This document shows, piece after piece, positions 24,875-33,159 of a stretch of 36,873 nt of DNA. The notes under the pieces were generated by a model, which saw only the letters and a list, made by a program, of their open reading frames with translations, was not told the origin of the DNA and ran no database searches. This DNA comes from Thermoanaerobaculia bacterium (GTDB lineage: Bacteria; Acidobacteriota; Thermoanaerobaculia; Gp7-AA8), in the NCBI GenBank assembly GCA_049586115.1, contig JBAVBF010000154.1:1-36873 (forward strand), read 5' to 3'. How positions within the stretch are numbered: position 1 is the first letter of the stretch; every line of letters begins with the position of its first letter. The translations under genes were made by a program, and so were the position numbers.

Positions 24875-27052
24875 TCAGCGTTGCGCGCCGAGCAGGTCAC
24901 GATAGATGCCTGGCTTCGCGAGAAGCTCATGATGCGCGCCATACTGAACGATCCGCCCCTCACGAAGAACGAGGATCAGTCCGGCTCGTCGGACGGTGCT
25001 GAGTCTATGGGCGATGATGATGCGTGTAGCCGACATGGAGGCTATGTTAGTGTAGATCTCATCCTCGGTGAGCTTGTCTAGAGCGCTGGTCGCTTCGTCG
25101 AAGAGGAGCAGCGCCGGCCTAGGCAGGACGGCGCGAGCGATCGCGATCCGCTGCCGCTGCCCGCCCGAGTAATTCGCGCCCCCTTCCGCGACAACGGTTT
25201 CGTATTGCAGAGGCAATTTCTCGATGTCGGCCGCGATCGCTGCGAACTGTGCCGCAGCGATGACCTGCTCAATGGGCGTACCACTGTCGCGAGCGATGTT
25301 CTCGCGGATCGTTCCGGCAAAGATCCGAGGATCCTGGACCACGTTCCCGATCTGCCCTCTCAACGACGGCAGATCGACTTCGAAAAGTAAGCGTCCGTCG
25401 TACAGGACGTCTCCTTCCGTCGGACGATAGAGTCCAAGGAGAAGCTTCGCAAGCGTGCTTTTGCCGCAACCGGACGGCCCTACGATGGCGACGTAGTCGC
25501 CCGGTGCAATCGAAAGGGTTATGTTTTCGAGTACGAAGGGCGACTCTGCTCCGTAGCGAAACGACACATTGCGCAATTCGATCTTTCCGGTCAGCGGTTT
25601 GAGGATCGGAAGCGATGACACCTGTTCCGGCTCGGCGTCGAGTACTTCCACGAGACGCTCGACATGGCGCGAGGCGAGTTGCCATGAGCCCCATGCCGAG
25701 GAAAGCGACCAGACCGGGGCCATGAACGCGCCGGCGACAGCGGCGAAGGCAATCACCTGGCCGATGGTCATACGATGACCAATGACCTCCGCACAGCCCA
25801 CGAAGAGAATGAGCGCTGGAGAGATCATTGACAGCGCTCCCATCAAGGTATCCACCGTGAGTTGAAACTTCGTAAGTCTGATGCCGATACTGAGTTGACG
25901 CGCAAACAGGTTGTTCCACTTCTTCATAACGCCCGGCTCGCCGCCCGCCGCTTTGATCGAAAGGATGCTGCCGAAGGCCTCGACGGCGAACGACTGCAGA
26001 CGAGCCTGCGTGATAATCGTCTGATGCATCATCTCTCGCTGGCGCGACTGCGTTACTGCGACGATGGCCAAACGCAGCAGCGCAGGGAGCAGCGCCACCG
26101 CCGCCAGACGAGGAGCGAGAAAGAAAAGAACGCTTCCGGTGCCTAGGAGAAGCGTTGCGTCGAGCGCGACGGCCAGCACGCGATCTGACAAGAGATCGCG
26201 GATGACCTGGTTGCTGCCGATGCGCATCAACAGATCGCCTGTGCTCCGTTGCTCGAAGAATCCGAACGGAAGCTTCAAAAGATGGCTTACGAAGGAACGG
26301 TTCAGATCCAGGTCGATCTTGTTTCGAAGGTAGAGAAGAAGCCGCCCCCGCAGAAAGCCGACGCTCGTCTGCGACGCGGCGAGTGATGCCGCGAGCATTC
26401 CGATAACTTCAAGCAACGACAGGTCGCCGGTCGGGACCGCGTCGTCCAGAACGACCTGGGACAGCTTGGCCATCGCGAGAGCGGCAGCCTGGAGCAGCAG
26501 CGTGATGACGAAGGCCGACGTCAGGAGCGGTCGGAAATCGGCAAGCGTCCGAAGGTATCGACTTATGCCGGCGCTGAGGTTCGCGCGAGGTTCGAAGGCT
26601 TCCGATGGCTCGAAAAGAAGAACGACGCCGGTGAAGTTCGCGGAGAGCTCGTTGGCGGACATCCGGAGGCGGCCGACTGCCGGATCAAGGATCGTATATT
26701 CGTCGCGCCGGCACCGTTCCAGAACGACGAAGTGGCTCATGTTCCAGTGAAGAATCGCAGGCCGTGGAACGGAAGCGAGGACCGAGGGTTCTTGCTGCGT
26801 AAGATAGCTGGTACGCAAGCCGTGCGCGCGAGCGACGCGCAGCATCGTTTGCGCGCTCGTTCCGCTCCGATCGATGCCGCATTCTTCGCGCAACTGCTGC
26901 GCCGAAATGAAGCGTCTCCAGTAGCCGAGTACCATGCGCAAGCAGACAGCGCCGCACTCAGCGGCATTCATCTGTTGGTAGACAGGAACTTGTTCGCGGA
27001 GAAGCAAACGACCGAGCCGGCTGGACCGGAGGCGAGCCAGAAACCGCGTCAT
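24875..27052 (-). CDS. lanT: LanT/SunT/CvaB-type bacteriocin ABC transporter with N-terminal C39 double-glycine peptidase domain
   Basis: C39 motifs QMNAAECGAVCL (Cys), MSHFVVL (His) and ILDPA. ABC TMD present. Walker A GPSGCGKST, signature YSGGQRQRIAIARA, Walker B LLLFDEATSALD. Start chosen at ATG 27052 (ATGA overlap) rather than 27091. Confidence 0.9.
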   Translation of the reverse strand: MTRFLARLRSSRLGRLLLREQVPVYQQMNAAECGAVCLRMVLGYWRRFISAQQLREECGIDRSGTSAQTMLRVARAHGLRTSYLTQQEPSVLASVPRPAILHWNMSHFVVLERCRRDEYTILDPAVGRLRMSANELSANFTGVVLLFEPSEAFEPRANLSAGISRYLRTLADFRPLLTSAFVITLLLQAAALAMAKLSQVVLDDAVPTGDLSLLEVIGMLAASLAASQTSVGFLRGRLLLYLRNKIDLDLNRSFVSHLLKLPFGFFEQRSTGDLLMRIGSNQVIRDLLSDRVLAVALDATLLLGTGSVLFFLAPRLAAVALLPALLRLAIVAVTQSRQREMMHQTIITQARLQSFAVEAFGSILSIKAAGGEPGVMKKWNNLFARQLSIGIRLTKFQLTVDTLMGALSMISPALILFVGCAEVIGHRMTIGQVIAFAAVAGAFMAPVWSLSSAWGSWQLASRHVERLVEVLDAEPEQVSSLPILKPLTGKIELRNVSFRYGAESPFVLENITLSIAPGDYVAIVGPSGCGKSTLAKLLLGLYRPTEGDVLYDGRLLFEVDLPSLRGQIGNVVQDPRIFAGTIRENIARDSGTPIEQVIAAAQFAAIAADIEKLPLQYETVVAEGGANYSGGQRQRIAIARAVLPRPALLLFDEATSALDKLTEDEIYTNIASMSATRIIIAHRLSTVRRAGLILVLREGRIVQYGAHHELLAKPGIYRDLLGAQR

Positions 27053-27534
27053 CCTCTGGGCTCGGGGATGCGACGAGAAACACGTCGCCACGGCACGATC
27101 GTTGCGGCGCCATCTACAATCCGCAACCAGCCTACGGCAGGCGATGCGGGCAGAATACGTTCATCCTCGGTGCGTATCCGCACCTCCCACTCATTCCCTC
27201 CCGGGGCCTCGCGCCACGAGATGATCACGCAGCGCAGTGCGGGCAACTCCCTTCGCAGCCACCAGGCACTGCGCCGATCCACGAAACGCTCATCAGTTCG
27301 TTGCCGATCGACGTGAACTACTGCCGATCCATCCGGGGAGGTCGAGACAATCCTGGCCGGAATGTCAATGCGCTGCCGATATGTAAACCCGAATAGGAGA
27401 TAGCCGAGTTGTGCGACCACGAGTGGAACGGCCATCAGAGTCCACCACACGCTCGGCGGCTTCAAGGCGATGACGTCACCCAGAGGCTCCGGACTGATCC
27501 GGGCCACAAACCCTTGACGGAATGGCGATGTCAT
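27049..27534 (-). CDS. miniature CvaA/HlyD-family secretion protein (161 aa; N-terminal TM and C-terminal barrel-like parts only)
   Basis: The N-terminus FRQGFVARISPEPLGDVIALKPPSVWWTLMAVPLVVAQLGYLLFGFTYRQRIDIPARIV parallels CvaA/HlyD N-termini (FRQxAL...G.v.l..P + TM + tyr..v.v.G.i). It is about 250-300 aa shorter than normal MFPs. Confidence 0.5.
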   Translation of the reverse strand: MTSPFRQGFVARISPEPLGDVIALKPPSVWWTLMAVPLVVAQLGYLLFGFTYRQRIDIPARIVSTSPDGSAVVHVDRQRTDERFVDRRSAWWLRRELPALRCVIISWREAPGGNEWEVRIRTEDERILPASPAVGWLRIVDGAATIVPWRRVSRRIPEPRG

Positions 27535-27623
27535 GAGAATTGGAGCTTAGATCCCCTCAGTTGATGATCAGTTTACGATGGATATTCTCATCTGTGGCCA
27601 TCTGCTCGGATCCGCCGCGACGG

Positions 27624-28190
27624 TCAACAACCGCAGAAAGCGGCGTGCGGATTCGCCGGATCGAGCGCGGATACGATGCCGCGCGTAGCGGAGATTGCGC
27701 TGTACTCCGGTGTTACGGAATCCGGGGACGTTCGCTTGCTCCGCTTGGAAGGATCGACGAGCGAATCGAGGTCGCCTCCTTCGACCGCGGTCCCGGCTAT
27801 GACGTGGTTAAAGGTCGTGCCGTCGTAAAAATGGCCGCCCGCCAACCGTGCGAACGCCATGACGTGTTCTGGAGCGGCGTCCGGGTAGAAACGTATTACA
27901 ACGACGCCGCGCGTCGTATACAGTTCGGCCACTTGGTGGCGGTACAACCGCGTGAGCCGCTCGCGGGTATCTTCAGCGTCCGGGATGACGTCAACATCAG
28001 GGACCAACCACCACCATAACGCCTTCAACATCTTCCGCCACGTCCACGGCTTCGGCCTATGCGGCTTCGGCGGCAGTTGAGCTTCGAGCCTGTCGACGCG
28101 ATTCCGCGCGGCGCTAGCTGTTTGGACGTCCTTTGACGCTAGGGCTGCTGATGATGTTTGCGAGGGCGATGTTGAAGTCACCGCGCTCAC
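27624..28190 (-). CDS. cyclophilin-type PPIase-like protein, C-terminally truncated, with a Ser/Thr/Ala-rich N-terminus and a Trp-rich hydrophobic patch
   Basis: VVVIRFYPDAAPEHVMAFARLAGGHFYDGTTFNHVIAGTAVEGGD...ATRGIVSALDPANPHAAF aligns by eye with PpiB ([43 protein letters not shown]...NTRGTLAMARTQAPHSATAQFFI). The ORF stops exactly there. Confidence 0.5.
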   Translation of the reverse strand: MSAVTSTSPSQTSSAALASKDVQTASAARNRVDRLEAQLPPKPHRPKPWTWRKMLKALWWWLVPDVDVIPDAEDTRERLTRLYRHQVAELYTTRGVVVIRFYPDAAPEHVMAFARLAGGHFYDGTTFNHVIAGTAVEGGDLDSLVDPSKRSKRTSPDSVTPEYSAISATRGIVSALDPANPHAAFCGC

Positions 28191-28262
28191 GAAATCTTGT
28201 TCAGGCGCATTAGCTCTGCGTTCCCCGCCGCAGTTGCCACACGTCCTTACCGTTGATGAGAG

Positions 28263-28823
28263 TCAGTAGCGAATTCCGTTGATCTCTGGCGTCTGGCTGT
28301 CAAAGCACGCATTGGCATACTTGCCGCGGCTGCGGACATAATGCAGCGTCATCTGTCGGTACCACTGGCCGGGATATTCATCGCGCCAGTGGGTCACCTC
28401 GCAGCCTAGGTAGAGGACGGCTTCGCCGGGCTGGAGCGACACGGACGAGGTGCCTGTTGATGGATGCGCGAAATGGATCGGCCACGCAAGGTCAGAGTCA
28501 AGATGGACGGTGACACTGATCTCGCCCGCGGGACGATCACGATGCGGCGCCAGACGTTCGCCGTGTGCGTACGAGCGCGCATAACAGAATGTCGGCAGCA
28601 GAGTCGTGCCCGTTTGTTCGGAGACGACCGGCAGTTTCTCCAACAATAATTCCACCACGGGAAGGAAGTTGTACACTGCGGGCGAATTTGGACACTGTCC
28701 GTCGGCCATGGGCGGCACAGACTCGAAGTAGGCGCGCAGATTCTCTGAATAGTGACGCGTACGGCCTGCATCGAGAAAATCGTTCAGGACCAACATCCGA
28801 TTCGCCTTGAGCTCAAGATTCAT
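28263..28823 (-). CDS. small Fe(II)/2-oxoglutarate-dependent oxygenase (prolyl-4-hydroxylase-like 2OG-FeII_Oxy type)
   Basis: HxD in LAPHRDRPAGEISVTVHL. Distal His in GCEVTHWRDEY. Basic residue downstream (WYRQM). 186 aa. Confidence 0.75.
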   Translation of the reverse strand: MNLELKANRMLVLNDFLDAGRTRHYSENLRAYFESVPPMADGQCPNSPAVYNFLPVVELLLEKLPVVSEQTGTTLLPTFCYARSYAHGERLAPHRDRPAGEISVTVHLDSDLAWPIHFAHPSTGTSSVSLQPGEAVLYLGCEVTHWRDEYPGQWYRQMTLHYVRSRGKYANACFDSQTPEINGIRY

Positions 28824-29182
28824 GGCGGACGCAGTCTATCTTAGGCGATTTTCCGCTGACAGCAGCAGTCCGCGATCCTGAAGACTCATCAGGTCGTGCC
28901 GCGGTTCGGTCGTAGAGTGTCAGCGACTCGCAAACAAGGACACTCACTGATTTGAGCCGGTGCCGTCGCCTGGTACGCGCAGGCAGGCTCGCATGGCCCA
29001 TGTGCTCGCAGGCATATATTACGCCCTCGTGCACGCCGGCGGCTGCGCGAGCGGACAGCGGTCGATGCGCCGACGGCCTTCACCGCGGGCAATCCATGCG
29101 TTCTCTCTCGGCATCGAATTCCTCGACAGCGTCACTCCGAACATCGTCGCGCGCTTAAGCGCTCACTAGCTCGCCTCATGCG

Positions 29183-29211
29183 TTGCTCGTCCGAAAGGCG
29201 CAGTTTATTAT
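29183..29211 (+). promoter_or_regulatory. possible sigma70-like promoter giving a near-leaderless PhyH/NRPS transcript: TTGCTC, 17-nt spacer, TATTAT
   Basis: TTGCTC at 29183-29188, a 17-nt spacer, then TATTAT at 29206-29211. The ATG at 29222 is only 10 nt after the -10 box and there is no Shine-Dalgarno sequence. Confidence 0.3.
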
Positions 29212-29221
29212 ACGTCTTTCC

Positions 29222-30061
29222 ATGAGTCCCGAAACGCGAAACTGGCCCGAGTCGATCGATATCGCTCATTTCAGCGAATACGGCTGGGTTGCTTCTCCAC
29301 CGTTTCTTCCCCACGATCTCCTGAACGAAGCCGCTGAGGCGATCGAGGCCTACTATCTCGGCGAACGAGATCACGTGCTTCCGGTTCGCGGCTTCCTCGA
29401 CTGGCGTGCAGAAGATGGCGAGGCGCTGCGGATGAACGACTACGTCTCGCTGCAATCGGACGCGCTGCGCAGAGTGGTCTGCTGGCCGGGGATCGCCAGA
29501 GCCGCAGCGAAGCTAATCGCCGCCGATCGCGTGCGCCTGTTCCACGATCAACTCATTTCCAAACCTCCCGCGTCGTCTGGCGTGAACACTGCCGTGGGCT
29601 GGCACACTGACAAGTCGTATTGGAAGACTTGCTCCTCGGAACGGATGCTCACCGCCTGGATACCCCTGCAGGATTGCTCCGAGGCGTGCGGCCCACTGGC
29701 AGTCGTCGACGGGAGCCACCAGTGGCACGACACCGACTGGATGTCAACGTTCGTCGTGCAGGACTTCGGCACGATCGAGTCACGCCTCGGTCGCCCAATC
29801 GAGGCGCGGTCGATGTTGCTCCAGCGCGGGCAGATCAGCTTCCATCATGCACGGACGATCCACGGCAGCCTGCCGAACTGCACCGATCAATTCCGCACTG
29901 CGCTTGCCATTCACTTCCAAGATGGCGATAACGTCTACCGCCGACACACGGCGAGCGACGGCACTGTCGCGGTGCATATCAACGACATCCTCTGCCGTCG
30001 TTTGCCGGACGGCGACCCCGATTACGCCGATCCGATCGTTTGTCCAACGCTATGGCCATGA
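29222..30061 (+). CDS. PhyH (phytanoyl-CoA dioxygenase) family Fe(II)/2OG dioxygenase, copy 1
   Basis: GWHTDKSYW (HxD), TAWIPLQD, VVDGSHQW, and distal His in FHHARTIHGSLPN. Start at ATG 29222 preferred over the TTG at 29183. Confidence 0.85.
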   Translation: MSPETRNWPESIDIAHFSEYGWVASPPFLPHDLLNEAAEAIEAYYLGERDHVLPVRGFLDWRAEDGEALRMNDYVSLQSDALRRVVCWPGIARAAAKLIAADRVRLFHDQLISKPPASSGVNTAVGWHTDKSYWKTCSSERMLTAWIPLQDCSEACGPLAVVDGSHQWHDTDWMSTFVVQDFGTIESRLGRPIEARSMLLQRGQISFHHARTIHGSLPNCTDQFRTALAIHFQDGDNVYRRHTASDGTVAVHINDILCRRLPDGDPDYADPIVCPTLWP

Positions 30062-33000
30062 CGAAACTGCTCGTCGCGCTCCCCAATCGTGGACTGCCGC
30101 TTTCGCGGCAACGGTCGGGTGTATTCTCGCCACGGCGTGATCGGACGCAGATAGCAGGCGCCGCGCCCGCAGCGGACATCGCCGCAGCCGTCGCCCTAGT
30201 ACTCTTCCGCTACCACGGCATCGCGCCCGTACCTTTGGGAATGGGTGCATCAGCCCCGCACCTCGTTGAGGCCGCGATCGATCCTCGCGAGCGTCTAGGC
30301 GATCTTCGCCGTCGCGTCCGGACCCAACTCGCGATTCCGCGTGGCGACGTGCACTCCGTCGATGGAAGCCGCAATCCTGATTTCGACGTCGCGATCCTTG
30401 AAGGCGCGCCCGCGGTCGATGGTCGCGAGGACGTAGTCCTATATCCGGCCGGCGGCGGTATCGAAGCGCTTTGGCGTTCGCGGCTGCTCGATGAGCTGAC
30501 CGTTCGACGATTTCTATTTCACGTTCACGCCGTGCTGGCGGCCGACGACAGCGAGGCATCCGAGGATGTGGAACTGCTTTCAGCCGAGGAGCTAAGCGCG
30601 ATTGCTGCGTTCGAAACCGGCGGAGCAGCTATTGGTTCGAGACAGGCGGTTCACAAGCAGTTTGTGGAGCAGGCGCGACGAACGCCCGACGCTGCGGCGC
30701 TGCAGGTGGACGACGAGACTGTGACGTTCGCGCAGCTCCAGCGGAGCTCGGCCACGGTGGCAAGCGCTCTTATCGAACGCGGTGTCCGCGCAGGTGACGC
30801 GGTTGGGGTCGCAGTCGCGCCGCGTTACGGCGTTGTTGGGGCACTAGGTGTTTTGCGCAGCGGCGCCACGCTCGTGCCGATCGACGTCACGCTTCCGCAG
30901 GCACGCCTCGCCTCTCATGTCGAGCAGGCGGAGGTACGCTACGCGATCGTAGACGAGCCGCGGCGCGACTTGGTGCCGGTCGAGAACCTGATCGCGATCG
31001 AGCAGCTTCACTTCGATAGCGGCGACGATTTCACCGATGTGGCCGTGTCCGACGATTCCATTGCGTACGTGCTGTTCACTTCAGGATCGACCGGCGTGCC
31101 GAAGGGAATCCAGATGCCGCATCGCGGTCTGACGAACGTCGTCGGCTGGCAGGTTGCGCGTAGCGCTCAAGCACCGCGAACGCTGCAGCGGACGTCGCTC
31201 GCGTTCGATGTAGGAATGCAGGAGATCTTTTCGACACTCTGCGCGGGGGGGTGTCTCGTCATCGCAGATGAGGAGACACGCGCCGATCCGTCGAAGCTAC
31301 CGGACTTCATCGCCGAGCATGCGATCGAGCGCCTCTTCGTGCCGCCGGTGTCGCTCTACCAGATGGCTGCAGCCATCGATGCTCATCCCCGGATGCTGCC
31401 TTCGCTGCGCGAAGTGTACGCGGCCGGTGAGACGCTCCAGCTCGATGCGCCGGTCGTACGCTTCTTCCGTAGCGTCGATGCACGACTGGAGAACCAGTAC
31501 GGGCCGACCGAGACGCATGTCGCAACGACATTCCGCCTCGATGACTCGCCGCTGCGATGGCCGCCGCGTCCCCTAATTGGCCGACCGGTACCCGGGACGG
31601 AAGTGCGCATTGTCGACGAGCGGGGTCGCCGCGTCCCGATCGGGATCGCGGGCGAAATCATCGTCCGCGGCGACCAAGTGTCGCACAGCTACCTCGGCGC
31701 TCCTCCGTTCCAGCACACCGACGGCACTCCCGCCTACGCAACCGGCGACATCGGATGGTGGACGGCGAGCGGCGACATCGAGTTCCTCGGCCGCAAGGAT
31801 CGACAGGCAAAGGTGCGCGGCTATCGCATCGAGCTGGGCGAAATCGAGACGGCGCTGCTTGCGCAGCCCGGCGTACGCGCGGCCATAGCAGCGACGCTCG
31901 AGGACGACGCAACATCAACGCGCGTTGTCGCGTGGATCGTGCCTGACGTCGGTTTCCAGGGTACGAGCATGACTCGCAAGCGACTACTGGACGTGCTCCC
32001 TGAATACATGGTTCCGGCGCTCAACGGATTGGCTATCCTCGATCGACTGCCTCTAACGCGCACCGGTAAGATCGACCTCTCGGCGCTCCAGCCGCCTGGG
32101 AAAGACGAACTTTCTCCGGACTCGTACTACGTTCCGTCGCGAAACGAGATCGAATCGATCGTCGCTGATATCTGGCGCACTGAACTCGGGATCGAACGTG
32201 TCGGCGTTCACGATAACTTCGTCGAGATCGGCGGCCACTCGCTCGTCGGAATCCGTATCGTGTCGAAGCTTAACGACCGCTTCGGCGTCAGTCTGCCGCT
32301 TCGCCTCCTATTGCGCGGCGGCACGGTCGCAGCCGTCGCAATGCGGCTCGCGGATGTCACTGCCGCGGAGCCGCCAGAAAGCGACTTGGTGCGGACGCCG
32401 CTGCCCGACGGCCGTGTCGTTGTGGCACCGTCGGCCGGCGAAGCGCAGTACCTCTGGGAGGACGTCTTCGCACAGCATAGTTACGGCGCGCCGGTGCTCT
32501 ATCCGCGCGACGGCGTCATTGTGGATGTCGGCGCGCACATCGGCCTGTTCACGCTGTACGCGCTTGCCGCTGCGCCGTGCGGACGAGTGGTGGCCATCGA
32601 GCCGGTGCCGGTACTCTTCGACGCGCTGCAGCAAAACACCGCGGCGTACGCTCAGCGCGTCGCGTACTACGCTGCTGCCGCGGGAAATTGTGACGGCGCT
32701 GCGTCGATGACGTACTACCCGAAGCTGTCCGGCATGAGCTCGCTGACCGCCGACCCGGAAGCGGACGCCTCGCTTCTGCGGCGGATAATGCGGAACCTGC
32801 TCGAAGCGCGCGTGGAGATGGGCGGTCTGCTCAGCGAGCTCGAAGAAATCGTCTCCGAGCGGCTCGTGTCTCGCGACGTCCACTGCACAGTGCGTCGTCT
32901 GGAGTCCATCCTCGACGAGGCCGCACCCAAGCGTATCGACGTACTCAAAGTGGACGTCCAGCGATCCGAAGAGTCCGTGCTGCACAGTGTCGGTAACGCT

Positions 33001-33159
33001 TGGCCGCGAGTGAAGCAGGTCGTCGTCGAGGTGCATGACGAGAACGGCGCATTGAAACGAATCGAGGATTTTCTCCAAGCGAGGGGCTTCACGACTTCGG
33101 CGCGGCAGCAGTCGATCCACACCGGAACTTCGGTTCGTTTCATTGTCGGAGCAAGGTGA
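30058..33159 (+). CDS. NRPS-like protein: truncated C-domain remnant, adenylation domain, PCP, FkbM-family methyltransferase domain
   Basis: A-domain cores IAYVLFTSGSTGVPKG, FDVGMQE, NQYGPTE, GEIIVRGDQVSHSYLG, YATGDIG, GRKDRQAKVRGYRIELGEIE, TRTGKID. PCP motif FVEIGGHSLVG. FkbM-like IVDVGAHIGLFTLYA...VLKVDVQRSEESVL. The N-terminal ~190 aa resemble only the C-terminal lobe of a C domain, with no HHxxxDG. Start could be 30040, 30052 or 30058 (ATGA overlap). Confidence 0.9.
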   Translation: MTKLLVALPNRGLPLSRQRSGVFSPRRDRTQIAGAAPAADIAAAVALVLFRYHGIAPVPLGMGASAPHLVEAAIDPRERLGDLRRRVRTQLAIPRGDVHSVDGSRNPDFDVAILEGAPAVDGREDVVLYPAGGGIEALWRSRLLDELTVRRFLFHVHAVLAADDSEASEDVELLSAEELSAIAAFETGGAAIGSRQAVHKQFVEQARRTPDAAALQVDDETVTFAQLQRSSATVASALIERGVRAGDAVGVAVAPRYGVVGALGVLRSGATLVPIDVTLPQARLASHVEQAEVRYAIVDEPRRDLVPVENLIAIEQLHFDSGDDFTDVAVSDDSIAYVLFTSGSTGVPKGIQMPHRGLTNVVGWQVARSAQAPRTLQRTSLAFDVGMQEIFSTLCAGGCLVIADEETRADPSKLPDFIAEHAIERLFVPPVSLYQMAAAIDAHPRMLPSLREVYAAGETLQLDAPVVRFFRSVDARLENQYGPTETHVATTFRLDDSPLRWPPRPLIGRPVPGTEVRIVDERGRRVPIGIAGEIIVRGDQVSHSYLGAPPFQHTDGTPAYATGDIGWWTASGDIEFLGRKDRQAKVRGYRIELGEIETALLAQPGVRAAIAATLEDDATSTRVVAWIVPDVGFQGTSMTRKRLLDVLPEYMVPALNGLAILDRLPLTRTGKIDLSALQPPGKDELSPDSYYVPSRNEIESIVADIWRTELGIERVGVHDNFVEIGGHSLVGIRIVSKLNDRFGVSLPLRLLLRGGTVAAVAMRLADVTAAEPPESDLVRTPLPDGRVVVAPSAGEAQYLWEDVFAQHSYGAPVLYPRDGVIVDVGAHIGLFTLYALAAAPCGRVVAIEPVPVLFDALQQNTAAYAQRVAYYAAAAGNCDGAASMTYYPKLSGMSSLTADPEADASLLRRIMRNLLEARVEMGGLLSELEEIVSERLVSRDVHCTVRRLESILDEAAPKRIDVLKVDVQRSEESVLHSVGNAWPRVKQVVVEVHDENGALKRIEDFLQARGFTTSARQQSIHTGTSVRFIVGAR

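Noticed and set aside
28824-29221. Small ORFs in the divergent spacer as extra precursor peptides (for example 28960-29169 + with ...VHAGGCASG..., and 28889-29092 minus, which is Cys-containing)
   Set aside because: No recognisable leader motif, Arg-rich GC-frame composition, and they overlap each other. Nothing supports them beyond an incidental GG-C string.
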